Assembly: GCA_023819505.1 (NCBI GenBank)
Contig: JAMWCN010000002.1
Location: 1-39,224, forward strand
Source: Candidatus Omnitrophota bacterium
Lineage (GTDB): Bacteria > Omnitrophota > Gorgyraeia > Gygaellales > JAMWCP01
Reading direction: 5' to 3'
Length of the DNA: 39,224 nucleotides
Shown: positions 17,296 through 26,831 of the stretch, in pieces
Layout: every line of letters begins with the position of its first letter
Numbering within the stretch: the first letter of the stretch is position 1
Made by a program: the position numbers and the translations under genes
The notes under the pieces: generated by a model
What the model was told of the DNA's origin: nothing
Seen by the model: only the letters and a program-made list of their open reading frames with translations
The model's database searches: none

Positions 17296-18200
17296 ATCTT
17301 TTTCTGAATCTGTAAAGCTACTTCTAAAGCTTCACGCGCAACTTCACCTGAAACAACTGGCTCTTTTTTATAGATTACACAATCTAAAAACGATTTAAGT
17401 TCCTTCTTTAAAGGTTCCTCTTTCTCTATAGGCAGGCTCTTTTTTATAATGGAGGAGTCCTTTTTTTTATAAAGGTAGGCTTCTTCATTTTTATAATCTA
17501 AACAGATATAGGCATCTTTCTGGAATATACGGATCTTCCTTACCGATTCGTCAGAGATCCGTGAAGCGGTAAGATTACAGATACAGCCATTTTTAAAATG
17601 GATACGCGCATTAGCGATATCCTCTAGTTCTGTTAAGACATTTACTCCTATCGCCTCTATACTTTTGATTTTAGATTTTACCAATCCTAAAACTATATCT
17701 ATATCATGTATCATCAAATCCATTACTACACCAATATCCGTAGATCTACCAGTAAAAGTGGTGAGTCTATGAGATTCAATAAAACGCACATCCTTTATAA
17801 GTTTTAAAGTAGAGGAGAAGGCAGAATTGAACCTTTCGATATGACCTACCTGTAAAATTAGTTTATTTTTTCTACTCAAATTGATTAAATCATCTGCTTC
17901 TTTTAGATTCAGCACAAATGGCTTTTCTACTAAAACATGGATATTGTGGAGTAAGAAATCCTTACTTATCTTATAATGTAGGAAACTCGGTACCGCTACA
18001 CTTACCGCTTCTACTTTCGAGAAGAGTTCTTTATAAGAAAGGAATCCTTCTATCCCTAAAGTCTTAGAGACCTCCTCCAATTTATTCTTATCTATATCGC
18101 ATATACCTACAAGTTCTGCGCAGTTTAGTTCCTTATATATCTGTGCATGCCTTCTTCCTAAATACCCTACACCTACTACCCCTACTTTTATCTTTCTCAT
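17274..18200 (-). CDS. Gfo/Idh/MocA family oxidoreductase (possible UDP-GlcNAc 3-dehydrogenase, GnnA-like)
   Basis: Rossmann N-terminus KVGVVGVGYLGRRH and the EKP motif (VLVEKPF). Overlaps lpxB by 22 nt. Confidence 0.8.
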   Translation of the reverse strand: MRKIKVGVVGVGYLGRRHAQIYKELNCAELVGICDIDKNKLEEVSKTLGIEGFLSYKELFSKVEAVSVAVPSFLHYKISKDFLLHNIHVLVEKPFVLNLKEADDLINLSRKNKLILQVGHIERFNSAFSSTLKLIKDVRFIESHRLTTFTGRSTDIGVVMDLMIHDIDIVLGLVKSKIKSIEAIGVNVLTELEDIANARIHFKNGCICNLTASRISDESVRKIRIFQKDAYICLDYKNEEAYLYKKKDSSIIKKSLPIEKEEPLKKELKSFLDCVIYKKEPVVSGEVAREALEVALQIQKKIWLKKRF

Positions 18201-18208
18201 ATTTAAAA

Positions 18209-18237
18209 ATCATAGCAAACCACTCGACAAAAGTCAA
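18209..18237 (-). promoter_or_regulatory. Sigma70-like promoter of the oxidoreductase-lpxB-HD-GYP operon, leaderless configuration
   Basis: On the minus strand: TTGACT (18237-18232), 17-nt spacer, TATGAT (18214-18209), 8 nt, then ATG (18200). No SD. Confidence 0.5.
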
Positions 18238-18252
18238 TTAATATGATATTAT
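18224..18252 (+). promoter_or_regulatory. Sigma70-like promoter of msbA with a near-leaderless configuration
   Basis: TCGACA (18224-18229), 17-nt spacer, TATTAT (18247-18252), 9 nt, then ATG (18262). No SD. Confidence 0.45.
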
Positions 18253-18261
18253 AAAAACCAA

Positions 18262-20058
18262 ATGAAAGAATATTTAAGACTCTTAAGATTTCTTAAACCC
18301 TATATAGGGGCACTTATTTTAGCCTCTCTATGTATGTTATTTTCTACCCTCTTTGATGGTGTTTCACTTACAATGATTGTTCCTTTAGCAGATAAAGTTC
18401 TTACCGATAAAAAGATAATCATTCCTACAAAATTACCTTCAGTTTTAGAAAGATTTATTCAGAATATAAATAATACCCCTGCAAGTATACTTTTAAATAC
18501 CATGGCTATAGTTGTTTTAGTTCTATTTATCTTTAAAGGAATATTTAATTTTTTGCAAGGTTATCTTATGTCTGATATAGGACAGAGATTGGTGAGGGAT
18601 ATGCGGGCAAAGGTCTATTCTAAAATTCAGAACCTCTCTTTAGAATATTTCAGCCAAAAGCGTAGTGGCGAACTCGTTTCCCGTATCACCAATGATGTAG
18701 GACTTTTAGAAAATGCTCTCTCTTATGGCTTAACGGATCTTATATATGAAGGTTCAAAATTACTCCTTTTTACTTTTTTAATTTTTTTTATCCATTTTCG
18801 CTTAGCTGTAATTTCTTTAGTTATCTTTCCTTTAGTTAGTTTTCCAATTATACGGATAGGAAAAATATTAAAGAAACTTTCTTACCGTTCTCAGGAGAAG
18901 ATGGCGGATATCAACTCTTTACTTTATGAGACAATCTCTGGGGCTCGCATCGTTAAATCATTCTGTCGCGAAAATTACGAGATGGAAAGGTTTAATCAAC
19001 ACAACCAGCGATATTATAAGTTGATGATGAAATCTATAAAACGCACTCTTGTTTTAAGTCCTCTTACAGAATTTATCGGAGCTTTAGCAGGGATTTTTGT
19101 TTTTCTCCTTGCAGGCAGAGAAGTAATTTTAGGTAAATTATCCTTTGGTGTATTTGGACTCTTCTTAGGTTCTTTACTTTCTTTGATAAGACCATTTAAG
19201 AAGTTAAGTCAAGTCCATGCTTTAAACCAAAAAGCGATTGCTGCCAGTAACCGCATATACGAAGTTTTAGATGCCCAACCAAAAGTTTATGACGCAAAAG
19301 ATGCGGAAGTATTAGGCTCTATAAGAGAATCTATTGTTTTTGAAAATGTTTGGTTCAGCTATAGTGGAGAACCTGTATTAAAAGATATAAATATAACTGT
19401 AAAGATAGGAGAGGTAGTAGGGATAGTAGGTTTGTCGGGATCAGGAAAAAGCACTTTAGTAGATATGATCCCTCGATTTTATGACCCCCAGAAAGGTAGG
19501 ATCCTTATCGATGGGAAGGATATAAAAAAGTTTAAACTTTCCTCTCTAAGAGAAAAGATAGGTATGGTGACTCAGGAGACGATCCTTTTTAATGATACGG
19601 TAAAAGCAAACATCGCCTACGGTAAGCTTTCTGCTTCAGATAGGGAGATTGAGGAAGCAGCCAGTAAAGCCAATGCTAAAAATTTTATTGAAAAATTGCC
19701 CCAAGGTTATGATACAATAATCGGTGATCGAGGGATAAGGCTCTCTGGTGGTGAAAGACAGAGGATAGCTATTGCGAGAGCAATTCTTAAAGATCCACCT
19801 ATTGTAATTTTAGATGAAGCTACTTCTCAATTAGATTCAGAGTCAGAGAGGATAGTTCAGGAAGCTTTACAGAGTCTTATGGTAGGCAGAACCGTATTTA
19901 TAGTTACACATAGGCTTTCTACAGTAAGGGATTGTGATAAAATATTTGTTTTAGATAAAGGAAGAATTGTAGAGGAAGGCAGTCACCAAGAATTGTTAAA
20001 GAAGGATGGTTTATATAAGAGACTCTATCAGATCCAAGAGCACCTGATAGAAATTTAA
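18262..20058 (+). CDS. msbA: ABC transporter permease/ATPase, lipid A exporter MsbA-like
   Basis: Six-TM domain followed by an NBD with Walker [10 protein letters not shown], signature LSGGERQR and Walker B ILDEATS. Divergent from the lpxB operon. Confidence 0.85.
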   Translation: MKEYLRLLRFLKPYIGALILASLCMLFSTLFDGVSLTMIVPLADKVLTDKKIIIPTKLPSVLERFIQNINNTPASILLNTMAIVVLVLFIFKGIFNFLQGYLMSDIGQRLVRDMRAKVYSKIQNLSLEYFSQKRSGELVSRITNDVGLLENALSYGLTDLIYEGSKLLLFTFLIFFIHFRLAVISLVIFPLVSFPIIRIGKILKKLSYRSQEKMADINSLLYETISGARIVKSFCRENYEMERFNQHNQRYYKLMMKSIKRTLVLSPLTEFIGALAGIFVFLLAGREVILGKLSFGVFGLFLGSLLSLIRPFKKLSQVHALNQKAIAASNRIYEVLDAQPKVYDAKDAEVLGSIRESIVFENVWFSYSGEPVLKDINITVKIGEVVGIVGLSGSGKSTLVDMIPRFYDPQKGRILIDGKDIKKFKLSSLREKIGMVTQETILFNDTVKANIAYGKLSASDREIEEAASKANAKNFIEKLPQGYDTIIGDRGIRLSGGERQRIAIARAILKDPPIVILDEATSQLDSESERIVQEALQSLMVGRTVFIVTHRLSTVRDCDKIFVLDKGRIVEEGSHQELLKKDGLYKRLYQIQEHLIEI

Positions 20059-20060
20059 TA

Positions 20061-20098
20061 TTGCAAGTTATAGAAAATGTGCTATATTTTTATATAAT
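20061..20098 (+). promoter_or_regulatory. Promoter region of the rpsB-tsf-pyrH-frr operon
   Basis: TTGCAA (20061-20066), 16-nt spacer, TATATT (20083-20088). A second TATAAT lies at 20093-20098. SD AAAGGAGGG precedes the GTG start. Confidence 0.5.
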
Positions 20099-20119
20099 TT
20101 TAAAAGGAGGGAAAACAAA

Positions 20120-20962
20120 GTGAGTGTAGAACTGATAAGAGAACTTCTTGAGGCAGGAGTTCATTTTGGTCATAAGACCTCACGCTGGAATCCTAAATTT
20201 TCTAAATTTATCTTTGGTGAAAGAGCAGGTATCTACATAATAGATTTAGAAAAAACTGTAGATTCTCTTATAAAAGCGAAGAATTTTCTTTTAGAACTTA
20301 CCTCTAAGGGTGGAACGGTGCTTTTTGTAGGTACAAAGAAGCAGGCACAGGAGATAATAGAAAAAGAAGCGAATCGCTGTGGGATGTATTGGATAAATAA
20401 CCGTTGGTTAGGTGGATTACTCACTAATTTTTCCACTATAAAGAAAAGTATCTCCAGACTAAAAGAGATAGAAAAAGCCAAAGAGGAAAATATATTTGAA
20501 AAAATTACTAAAAAGGAAGTTGCATGTTTAGAAAAGGAGCTTAACAAACTTAAGAGAAATTTTTCAGGGATCATAAATATGGAAAAATTACCTGATTGTG
20601 TATTTATTATTGATATCCGTAAAGAAGAAACTGCTTTAAGGGAAGCGCGCAGGTTATCTATACCTGTGGTAGCGATAGTAGATACAGATACAAATCCAGA
20701 TTTGGTAGATTATCCTATACCAGGTAACGATGATGCGATAAAATCCATACAGCTTATTACTTCTCAGATAGCGGATACGATAATTGAAGGGAGAAAAAGG
20801 TTTTTAGAATACCTTTCTCAAGAAGGGGTAGACTTAGAGAAGCTTAAATCTCCTTCTGAAGAAGAGACTGTTTCTGAGGTTAAGTTAGATATAGAAGATA
20901 TCCCTCACTTATTTAAATTAGAAGAAAATAGAGAAGATAGATACCGTCCTAAGAGACAGTAG
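20120..20962 (+). CDS. rpsB: 30S ribosomal protein S2
   Basis: [15 protein letters not shown] and IIDL motifs. GTG start behind a strong SD. Confidence 0.95.
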   Translation: MSVELIRELLEAGVHFGHKTSRWNPKFSKFIFGERAGIYIIDLEKTVDSLIKAKNFLLELTSKGGTVLFVGTKKQAQEIIEKEANRCGMYWINNRWLGGLLTNFSTIKKSISRLKEIEKAKEENIFEKITKKEVACLEKELNKLKRNFSGIINMEKLPDCVFIIDIRKEETALREARRLSIPVVAIVDTDTNPDLVDYPIPGNDDAIKSIQLITSQIADTIIEGRKRFLEYLSQEGVDLEKLKSPSEEETVSEVKLDIEDIPHLFKLEENREDRYRPKRQ

Positions 20963-20964
20963 AG

Positions 20965-21492
20965 ATGAATCCTGATATAGAATTAATTAAAAAACTCCGT
21001 CAGTTAACCTCTGCTAGTATTCAGGATTGTAAAGAGGCTTTAGAAGAAGCAAAAGAAGATATAGATAAAGCGATTGAAATCTTGCGGAGAAAAGGGATGG
21101 AGATTGCTCAAGAGAAGAAAGAACGCATCGTGCGGGAGGGAAGGATTGAGGCATATGTGCATTTGGGAAACAAAATTGGTGTTTTGGTGGAGGTTAACTG
21201 TGAGACAGATTTTGTTGCCCGTAGTGAAGATTTCTGTCGTTTTACTAAAGATTTAGCTCTACAGATTGCTGCCTCCTCTCCTCTATATATAAATAGAGAA
21301 GATGTACCTAAAGAAGAGTTAGAAAAACACAGAGATGATCTTGAAGATTTTTTGAAAAATAACTGTTTGATGGAACAGGTCTTTATAAAAGACCCCAATA
21401 TAACCATAAAGGATTATCTGGCTACTTTGATAGGTAAAGTAAAAGAAAATATCGTTATTCGGCGATTCGTACGTTATAAATTGGGTGAATAA
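20965..21492 (+). CDS. tsf: Elongation factor Ts (short form, 175 aa)
   Basis: N-terminal UBA-like LIKKLRQLTSASIQDCKEALEE and core VEVNCETDFVARSEDF. Position after rpsB. Confidence 0.92.
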   Translation: MNPDIELIKKLRQLTSASIQDCKEALEEAKEDIDKAIEILRRKGMEIAQEKKERIVREGRIEAYVHLGNKIGVLVEVNCETDFVARSEDFCRFTKDLALQIAASSPLYINREDVPKEELEKHRDDLEDFLKNNCLMEQVFIKDPNITIKDYLATLIGKVKENIVIRRFVRYKLGE

Positions 21493-21495
21493 TTG

Positions 21496-22218
21496 ATGAA
21501 AAAGCCTGTTTATAAAAGGATAGTACTCAAATTGAGTGGAGAGGCTCTTCAGGGAGAGCAATCTCACGGTATAGATCAAAAATTTTTAAATTCTTTGGCT
21601 AAACAGATAAAAGAGATAAAGGATATGGGAGTAGAGGTAGCGATTGTTTTAGGAGGAGGAAATATCTTTAGAGGTTTAGAGAATACTCAAAACAAAGGCT
21701 TAGATATGGATCGCTCAGTAGCAGATTATATGGGGATGTTAGCAACGGTAATAAATGGTTTGGCTTTACAGGATGCTTTAGAGAAGTTGGGAGCACCTAC
21801 ACGTGTTATGACTGCGATTGAGATGCAGAGAGTTGCTGAGCCTTATATCCGCCGTAGAGCAATTAGGCATCTGGAAAAAGGCAGAGTGGTAATCTTTGTA
21901 GCAGGAACAGGTAATCCCTATTTTACTACTGATACTGCTGCTGCCTTAAGAGCGATGGAGATAAATGCGGATGTGATACTTAAGGCAACTAAAGTAGAGG
22001 GAGTATTTAGCAGTGATCCTTTAAAAAATAAACATGCTAAAAAATTTTCCCATTTAAGATATATTGATCTTTTAAAGAAAGGTCTAAAAGTTATGGATGC
22101 TACCGCAGTAAGTCTCTGTATGGATAATAAACTCCCTATCATCGTCTTTAGCCTCAACAGACCCGAAAACATTAAACGCGTTATCTTAGGAGAAAAGATC
22201 GGAACTTTGGTAAATTAA
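21496..22218 (+). CDS. pyrH: UMP kinase
   Basis: [23 protein letters not shown] and [16 protein letters not shown] motifs. ATG 21496 preferred to the adjacent TTG 21493. Confidence 0.95.
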   Translation: MKKPVYKRIVLKLSGEALQGEQSHGIDQKFLNSLAKQIKEIKDMGVEVAIVLGGGNIFRGLENTQNKGLDMDRSVADYMGMLATVINGLALQDALEKLGAPTRVMTAIEMQRVAEPYIRRRAIRHLEKGRVVIFVAGTGNPYFTTDTAAALRAMEINADVILKATKVEGVFSSDPLKNKHAKKFSHLRYIDLLKKGLKVMDATAVSLCMDNKLPIIVFSLNRPENIKRVILGEKIGTLVN

Positions 22219-22250
22219 TTTTTTATTCTATAAAGAGAGGTGTAAGTGAT

Positions 22251-22811
22251 ATGGCATTAAGGGAGATCCTAGAGGATACAGAAAATAAGATGAAGAAGAC
22301 AATAGAATCAGTTTTAAGAGAATTTGCAGAGGTAAGAACGGGTAGAGCCCATCCAGGTTTAGTAGAGGGATTACATATAGATTATTATGGCAGTCCAACT
22401 TTACTGAAGCAGATCGCCTCTATATCTATTCCTGATGCCCATCTTATTATAATCCAACCTTGGGATCCAAATGTTTTACCAGAGATAGAAAAAGCTATCT
22501 TTAAATCAAATTTAGGAGTTGTTCCTTACAATGACGGCAAACTCATCCGATTAACTATCCCTTCCTTATCTAAAGAGAGGAGAGAAGAACTTGCTAAATT
22601 AGTAAGAAAGATGGCGGAAGAGGGCAGAGTTTCTTTAAGGACTATCCGGCATAGTGCAAAAGAAGCTATTGAGAAATTAGAAAAAGATAAGGTTATTTCT
22701 GAAGATGATAAATTTAGGGGCTTTGATGAACTTCAGAAGTTAATAGATAAATATACTGCTAAAATTGAAGAGATATTAAAGAATAAAGAAAAAGAGATAT
22801 TTGAATTTTAA
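22251..22811 (+). CDS. frr: Ribosome recycling factor
   Basis: FAEVRTGRAHPGLVE, IQPWD and TIPSLSKERREEL motifs. Confidence 0.95.
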   Translation: MALREILEDTENKMKKTIESVLREFAEVRTGRAHPGLVEGLHIDYYGSPTLLKQIASISIPDAHLIIIQPWDPNVLPEIEKAIFKSNLGVVPYNDGKLIRLTIPSLSKERREELAKLVRKMAEEGRVSLRTIRHSAKEAIEKLEKDKVISEDDKFRGFDELQKLIDKYTAKIEEILKNKEKEIFEF

Positions 22812-22884
22812 GAGCCACTAGCTCAACTGGCAGAGCAACGGCCTTTTAAGCCGTGGGTACCGAGTTCGAGTCTCGGGTGGCTCA
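22812..22884 (+). tRNA. tRNA-Lys (anticodon UUU)
   Basis: Acceptor GAGCCAC/GTGGCTC, anticodon stem ACGGC/GCCGT with loop CTTTTAA, T arm CCGAG-TTCGAGT-CTCGG. Starts the nucleotide after the frr stop codon. Confidence 0.9.
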
Positions 22885-22899
22885 AGATAGTTTAGAGAA

Positions 22900-22985
22900 G
22901 CGGACGTGGCGGAATTGGTAGACGCGCAAGGCTTAGGACCTTGTGGCAATAAAATGCCATGGGGGTTCAAATCCCTCCGTCCGCA
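22900..22985 (+). tRNA. tRNA-Leu (anticodon UAG), class II with long variable arm
   Basis: Acceptor GCGGACG/CGTCCGC, anticodon stem CAAGG/CCTTG with loop CTTAGGA, variable arm TGGCA-ATAAAA-TGCCA, T loop TTCAAAT. Confidence 0.9.
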
Positions 22986-23006
22986 TAATAAGAAGCTGAT
23001 AAAAAT

Positions 23007-23078
23007 GCGGCGGTAATTCAGTGGTAGAATGTCTGGTTGCCAACCAGAATGTCACGGGTTCAAATCCCGTCCGCCGCT
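23007..23078 (+). tRNA. tRNA-Gly (anticodon GCC)
   Basis: Acceptor GCGGCGG/CCGCCGC, anticodon stem TCTGG/CCAGA with loop TTGCCAA, T arm ACGGG-TTCAAAT-CCCGT. Confidence 0.9.
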
Positions 23079-23115
23079 TTTAAAAATTAGATTTAAATAA
23101 AAGGAGAGTGGTAAA

Positions 23116-23586
23116 ATGAAGATAATGGATTTTTTATCTAAAAAAGCAATTGTATTAAACATAAAATCTACAAAAAAAGAAGAGGTAATTAAGGAATTGG
23201 TAGATGCACTTATTAATGCAGAGGAGATAGAGAAACGGCATCGTAATAAAATTGTAGATGCACTTCTTGCTAGAGAAAAACTTGGTTCTACTGCTATCGG
23301 TCAAGGAATAGCTATACCTCATGCTAAATCTGAATATGTGGAAAAGTTAGTAGCTGCTTTAGGAATTTCATCTTCAGGTGTAAATTTTGATGCTTTAGAT
23401 GAGGAGCCTGTCTATATTATATTTCTCCTTTTAGCACCCCAAGATTCAGCAGGGCCACACCTAAAAGCTTTGGCTTCGATATCTAGGCTCCTTAAGGATA
23501 AATACTTCCGAGAGAATTTAAAAGCCTGTAAGGATGAAAAGTCAATAATTAACCTTATCAATCAAGAAGATGAAAAAAAGGTTTAG
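23116..23586 (+). CDS. ptsN: PTS EIIA (Ntr/fructose-type, PtsN-like)
   Basis: PTS_EIIA_2 pattern with the active-site region GQGIAIPHAK. Size is 156 aa. Confidence 0.85.
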   Translation: MKIMDFLSKKAIVLNIKSTKKEEVIKELVDALINAEEIEKRHRNKIVDALLAREKLGSTAIGQGIAIPHAKSEYVEKLVAALGISSSGVNFDALDEEPVYIIFLLLAPQDSAGPHLKALASISRLLKDKYFRENLKACKDEKSIINLINQEDEKKV

Positions 23587-24814
23587 TTGGTTATTTAAGT
23601 GGTTATCTCCAGGATTGGGGATAAAACGTTGGATCGTATTTAGTGGATTTGGTTTATTTTTGATTATTTGGGGAGTAGCCCGTTTCAATTTTGAAGAACT
23701 GTTTCTTTTTAAATTTTTAGCTTTGGTTGTTTTTATAACAGGGGTAATAATTATAATTTTAGGAATAAATCGTCTTATACGTTCTTTTATAAAATTGTTC
23801 TTACCCACATCAGATAAAGGTTTAACCGAGATAATACTTCAGAAGAGACAACTTATCCGTGGTCCGCGCATTGTAGCGGTAGGAGGCGGAACAGGTCTTT
23901 CTGTACTTTTAGAAGGATTAAAAAAATATACCTCTAATATCAGTGCGATCGTTACTGTAGCAGATAGCGGAGGTTCTTCGGGTCGTCTAAGAGAGCAGTT
24001 TGATATCCTTCCACCTGGAGATATACGCAACTGTCTTGTAGCTTTAGCTGATGCTCCGGAGTTGATGCGTAAATTATTCCAATTCCGTTTTGATAAAAAT
24101 TCTGAGTTTGGAGACCATAATTTTGGAAACTTATTTATTACGGTGATGACCCAACTTACAGGTGATTTTGATAAAGCGATTAAGGAATCCAGTAAAGTAT
24201 TGGCTATTCGAGGCCAAGTCATACCTTCTACTTTAAATAAGGTAGTTTTGGTAGCACGCTATAGAGATGGTTCAACTGTGGAAGGAGAAGCCTCTATACC
24301 TAAAAAACATCTTCCTATAGAAAATGTATATCTTAAATCTTTAGATGAAAATAAACTTTCTCCTAACATTGATGCTATAAAAGCTATTGAGCAAGCTCAG
24401 ATTATTGTTTTAGGGCCGGGTTCACTTTATACTAGCATAATTCCTAATCTTTTAATAGAAGATATAACCAATGCTATAGTTAAATCGGAAGCGATTAAAG
24501 TTTATGTCTGTAATATTATGACGCAGTATGGAGAAACTGACAACTATACTGCTGCAGTTCATCTTAAAAAATTAATAGAACATACTCATCCTGAGTTAGT
24601 AGAATACTGTATAGTAAACACAGCTCCTATACCCGCACAGATTCTCAAGCGCTACGAAAAAGAAAATTCCTTTCCCGTAGTAGCAGATATAGAGAGGATA
24701 AAAGCAATGGGTTATCGCGTAATTGAGGAGGATTTGGTAAAAGTAACTGAATTTGTAAGACATGATGCGGATAAATTAGCACAAATTATCTTAGGTCTAA
24801 TTGAGGAGACTTAA
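23570..24814 (+). CDS. YvcK/CofD-family (gluconeogenesis factor-like) protein with an N-terminal membrane anchor
   Basis: IVAVGGGTGLSVLLEGLK and TVADSGGSSGRLR motifs. About 85 extra N-terminal residues carry two hydrophobic helices. Confidence 0.85.
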   Translation: MKKRFSWLFKWLSPGLGIKRWIVFSGFGLFLIIWGVARFNFEELFLFKFLALVVFITGVIIIILGINRLIRSFIKLFLPTSDKGLTEIILQKRQLIRGPRIVAVGGGTGLSVLLEGLKKYTSNISAIVTVADSGGSSGRLREQFDILPPGDIRNCLVALADAPELMRKLFQFRFDKNSEFGDHNFGNLFITVMTQLTGDFDKAIKESSKVLAIRGQVIPSTLNKVVLVARYRDGSTVEGEASIPKKHLPIENVYLKSLDENKLSPNIDAIKAIEQAQIIVLGPGSLYTSIIPNLLIEDITNAIVKSEAIKVYVCNIMTQYGETDNYTAAVHLKKLIEHTHPELVEYCIVNTAPIPAQILKRYEKENSFPVVADIERIKAMGYRVIEEDLVKVTEFVRHDADKLAQIILGLIEET

Positions 24815-24832
24815 TCCTTAAATGCATAGATA

Positions 24833-25096
24833 ATGCCGAGGGTAAAAAAAATAATTAAAGTTAAAAATAAACAAGGATTACATGCCCGACCCGCAGCTCT
24901 GTTTGTACAGATCGCTAATAAATTTGAGTCAGTGATTACAGTAAAGAAAGATAAAGATATAGTTAATGGTAAATCTATTATGGGTATCCTTATGCTCGGT
25001 GCTGAAAAGGGAAGTGTTATCCAGATAGAAGCGGACGGTAAAGATGCTTATCAAGCAATAACTGAATTGGAGGCTCTGCTTTTAAAAGATGAATAG
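24833..25096 (+). CDS. ptsH: Phosphocarrier protein HPr
   Basis: GLHARPAA (His15 site) and GKSIMGIL (Ser46 site). Confidence 0.93.
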   Translation: MPRVKKIIKVKNKQGLHARPAALFVQIANKFESVITVKKDKDIVNGKSIMGILMLGAEKGSVIQIEADGKDAYQAITELEALLLKDE

Positions 25097-26831
25097 GCAA
25101 AGTTTGGAATTAAAAGGAATCCCTGCTGCTGAAGGTATTGCTATTGGACCAGCTTATAAGTTGGGGAAAGAAATATTCGATATACCTAAAAAATCCATCT
25201 CTGAAGAAGAGATACCTTTGCAGATTCAAATTTTTGAAGAAGCTTTAACTCAGACCCGTAAAGAGATATTAGGACTTCAGCAGATAATTTCTAGAGAGAT
25301 GGGTAAAGAAACTGCAGATATATTTAATGCCCACCTTCTTGTTTTAGAAGATAGGATGTTTATTGAAGAAGTGATTCAGCGCTTAAAAGAGGAAAAGCTC
25401 AATGTAGCTTATATATGTTCAGAGGTTTTAAAAAAATATATAAGTATATTTTCTAAAATAGAGGACGATTATCTTAAAGAAAGGATTGTAGATATAAATG
25501 ATGTGGGTAAAAGGATCTTAAGGCATTTAACTGGTAGGAGGCATCCTAATTGGGATGATCTAAAAGAAAAAGTAATTGTGGTAGCGCATGATCTTTCTCC
25601 ATCTGACACAGCGACCATGCATAAGAAGAAAGTTATCGGTTTTGTTACTGATGTAGGAGGAAAGACTTCCCATACAGCAATTATGGCTAAATCCTTAGAG
25701 ATACCTGCGGTGGTAGGTCTGGAAGATGCTACTGCTAAAATTTCAGATGGAGATATTCTGATAGTAGATGGTAAGAATGGCCTGGTGATAGTTAATCCTG
25801 ATGAGGATACTCTCAGAAGGTATAGAGAGGAAGAAAAAAATATATTATATTTTACCTCGCGTTTTTTAGCTACGAAGGATTTACCTGCTCAGACTCTCGA
25901 TGGTAAAATGGTAAAAGTTTCTGCAAATATAGAATTACCCGATGAAATTGATTCAGCTAAGGAACACGGTGCAGAAGGGATCGGTCTTTACCGTACAGAG
26001 TTTTTCTATATGAATAGGGATGATCTACCTTCAGAGGAGGAGCATTACCAGGCATACAGATCTGTGGTTGAGAAGATGTATCCTTACGAGGTTATTATAC
26101 GGACATTAGATTTAGGTGGTGATAAATTTGTTTCTCAATTTAAAGTTCCAAAAGATATGGTTCCTTTCTTAGGATGGAGAGCAATAAGATTCTGTTTAAC
26201 TAGACCCGATATATTTAAGATACAGCTCCGTGCTATTTTAAAAGCATCTATCCATGGGAAGATAAAGTTAATGTATCCGATGATATCAGGGATTGATGAA
26301 CTGCGTCGTGCCAATTACATACTGGAGGAATGTAAAGAGGAATTAAAAAAAGAAGGTATTCCTTTTGATGAGAATATAGAGATAGGAGCAATGATTGAAC
26401 TACCTTCGGCAGCTTTAACCTCTGATCTTTTAGCGGAGGAAGCAGATTTCTTCAGTATTGGTACAAATGACCTAATTCAATACTCATTAGCTGTAGATCG
26501 GACAAATGAAAAAGTTGCTTATCTATATGAACCTGCCCATCCTGCAGTTTTGAGGATGATAAAAAATATCATCGAGACCGCTCATAGCAAAGGAATTTGG
26601 GTAGGGATGTGTGGAGAGATGGCAGGTGAACTGAAATTTGTACCTCTACTTTTAGGTTTAGGTTTAGATGAGTTTAGCGCCCCCCCTATGGTGATTCCCC
26701 AAATAAAATATGCTATACGCTGTCTAAATTTAGAAGAAGCCAAAGCATTTGCTAAAGAAGCTTTAAGATTTAGTAGCGGAAAAGAAGTAGAGGATTTCTG
26801 CGAAGATAAGATAAAACAGATTATGAGATGA
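25089..26831 (+). CDS. ptsI: Phosphoenolpyruvate-protein phosphotransferase (PTS Enzyme I)
   Basis: GGKTSHTAIMAKSLEIPAVVG (active His), GLYRTEF and FFSIGTNDLIQY motifs. Confidence 0.95.
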   Translation: MNRQSLELKGIPAAEGIAIGPAYKLGKEIFDIPKKSISEEEIPLQIQIFEEALTQTRKEILGLQQIISREMGKETADIFNAHLLVLEDRMFIEEVIQRLKEEKLNVAYICSEVLKKYISIFSKIEDDYLKERIVDINDVGKRILRHLTGRRHPNWDDLKEKVIVVAHDLSPSDTATMHKKKVIGFVTDVGGKTSHTAIMAKSLEIPAVVGLEDATAKISDGDILIVDGKNGLVIVNPDEDTLRRYREEEKNILYFTSRFLATKDLPAQTLDGKMVKVSANIELPDEIDSAKEHGAEGIGLYRTEFFYMNRDDLPSEEEHYQAYRSVVEKMYPYEVIIRTLDLGGDKFVSQFKVPKDMVPFLGWRAIRFCLTRPDIFKIQLRAILKASIHGKIKLMYPMISGIDELRRANYILEECKEELKKEGIPFDENIEIGAMIELPSAALTSDLLAEEADFFSIGTNDLIQYSLAVDRTNEKVAYLYEPAHPAVLRMIKNIIETAHSKGIWVGMCGEMAGELKFVPLLLGLGLDEFSAPPMVIPQIKYAIRCLNLEEAKAFAKEALRFSSGKEVEDFCEDKIKQIMR

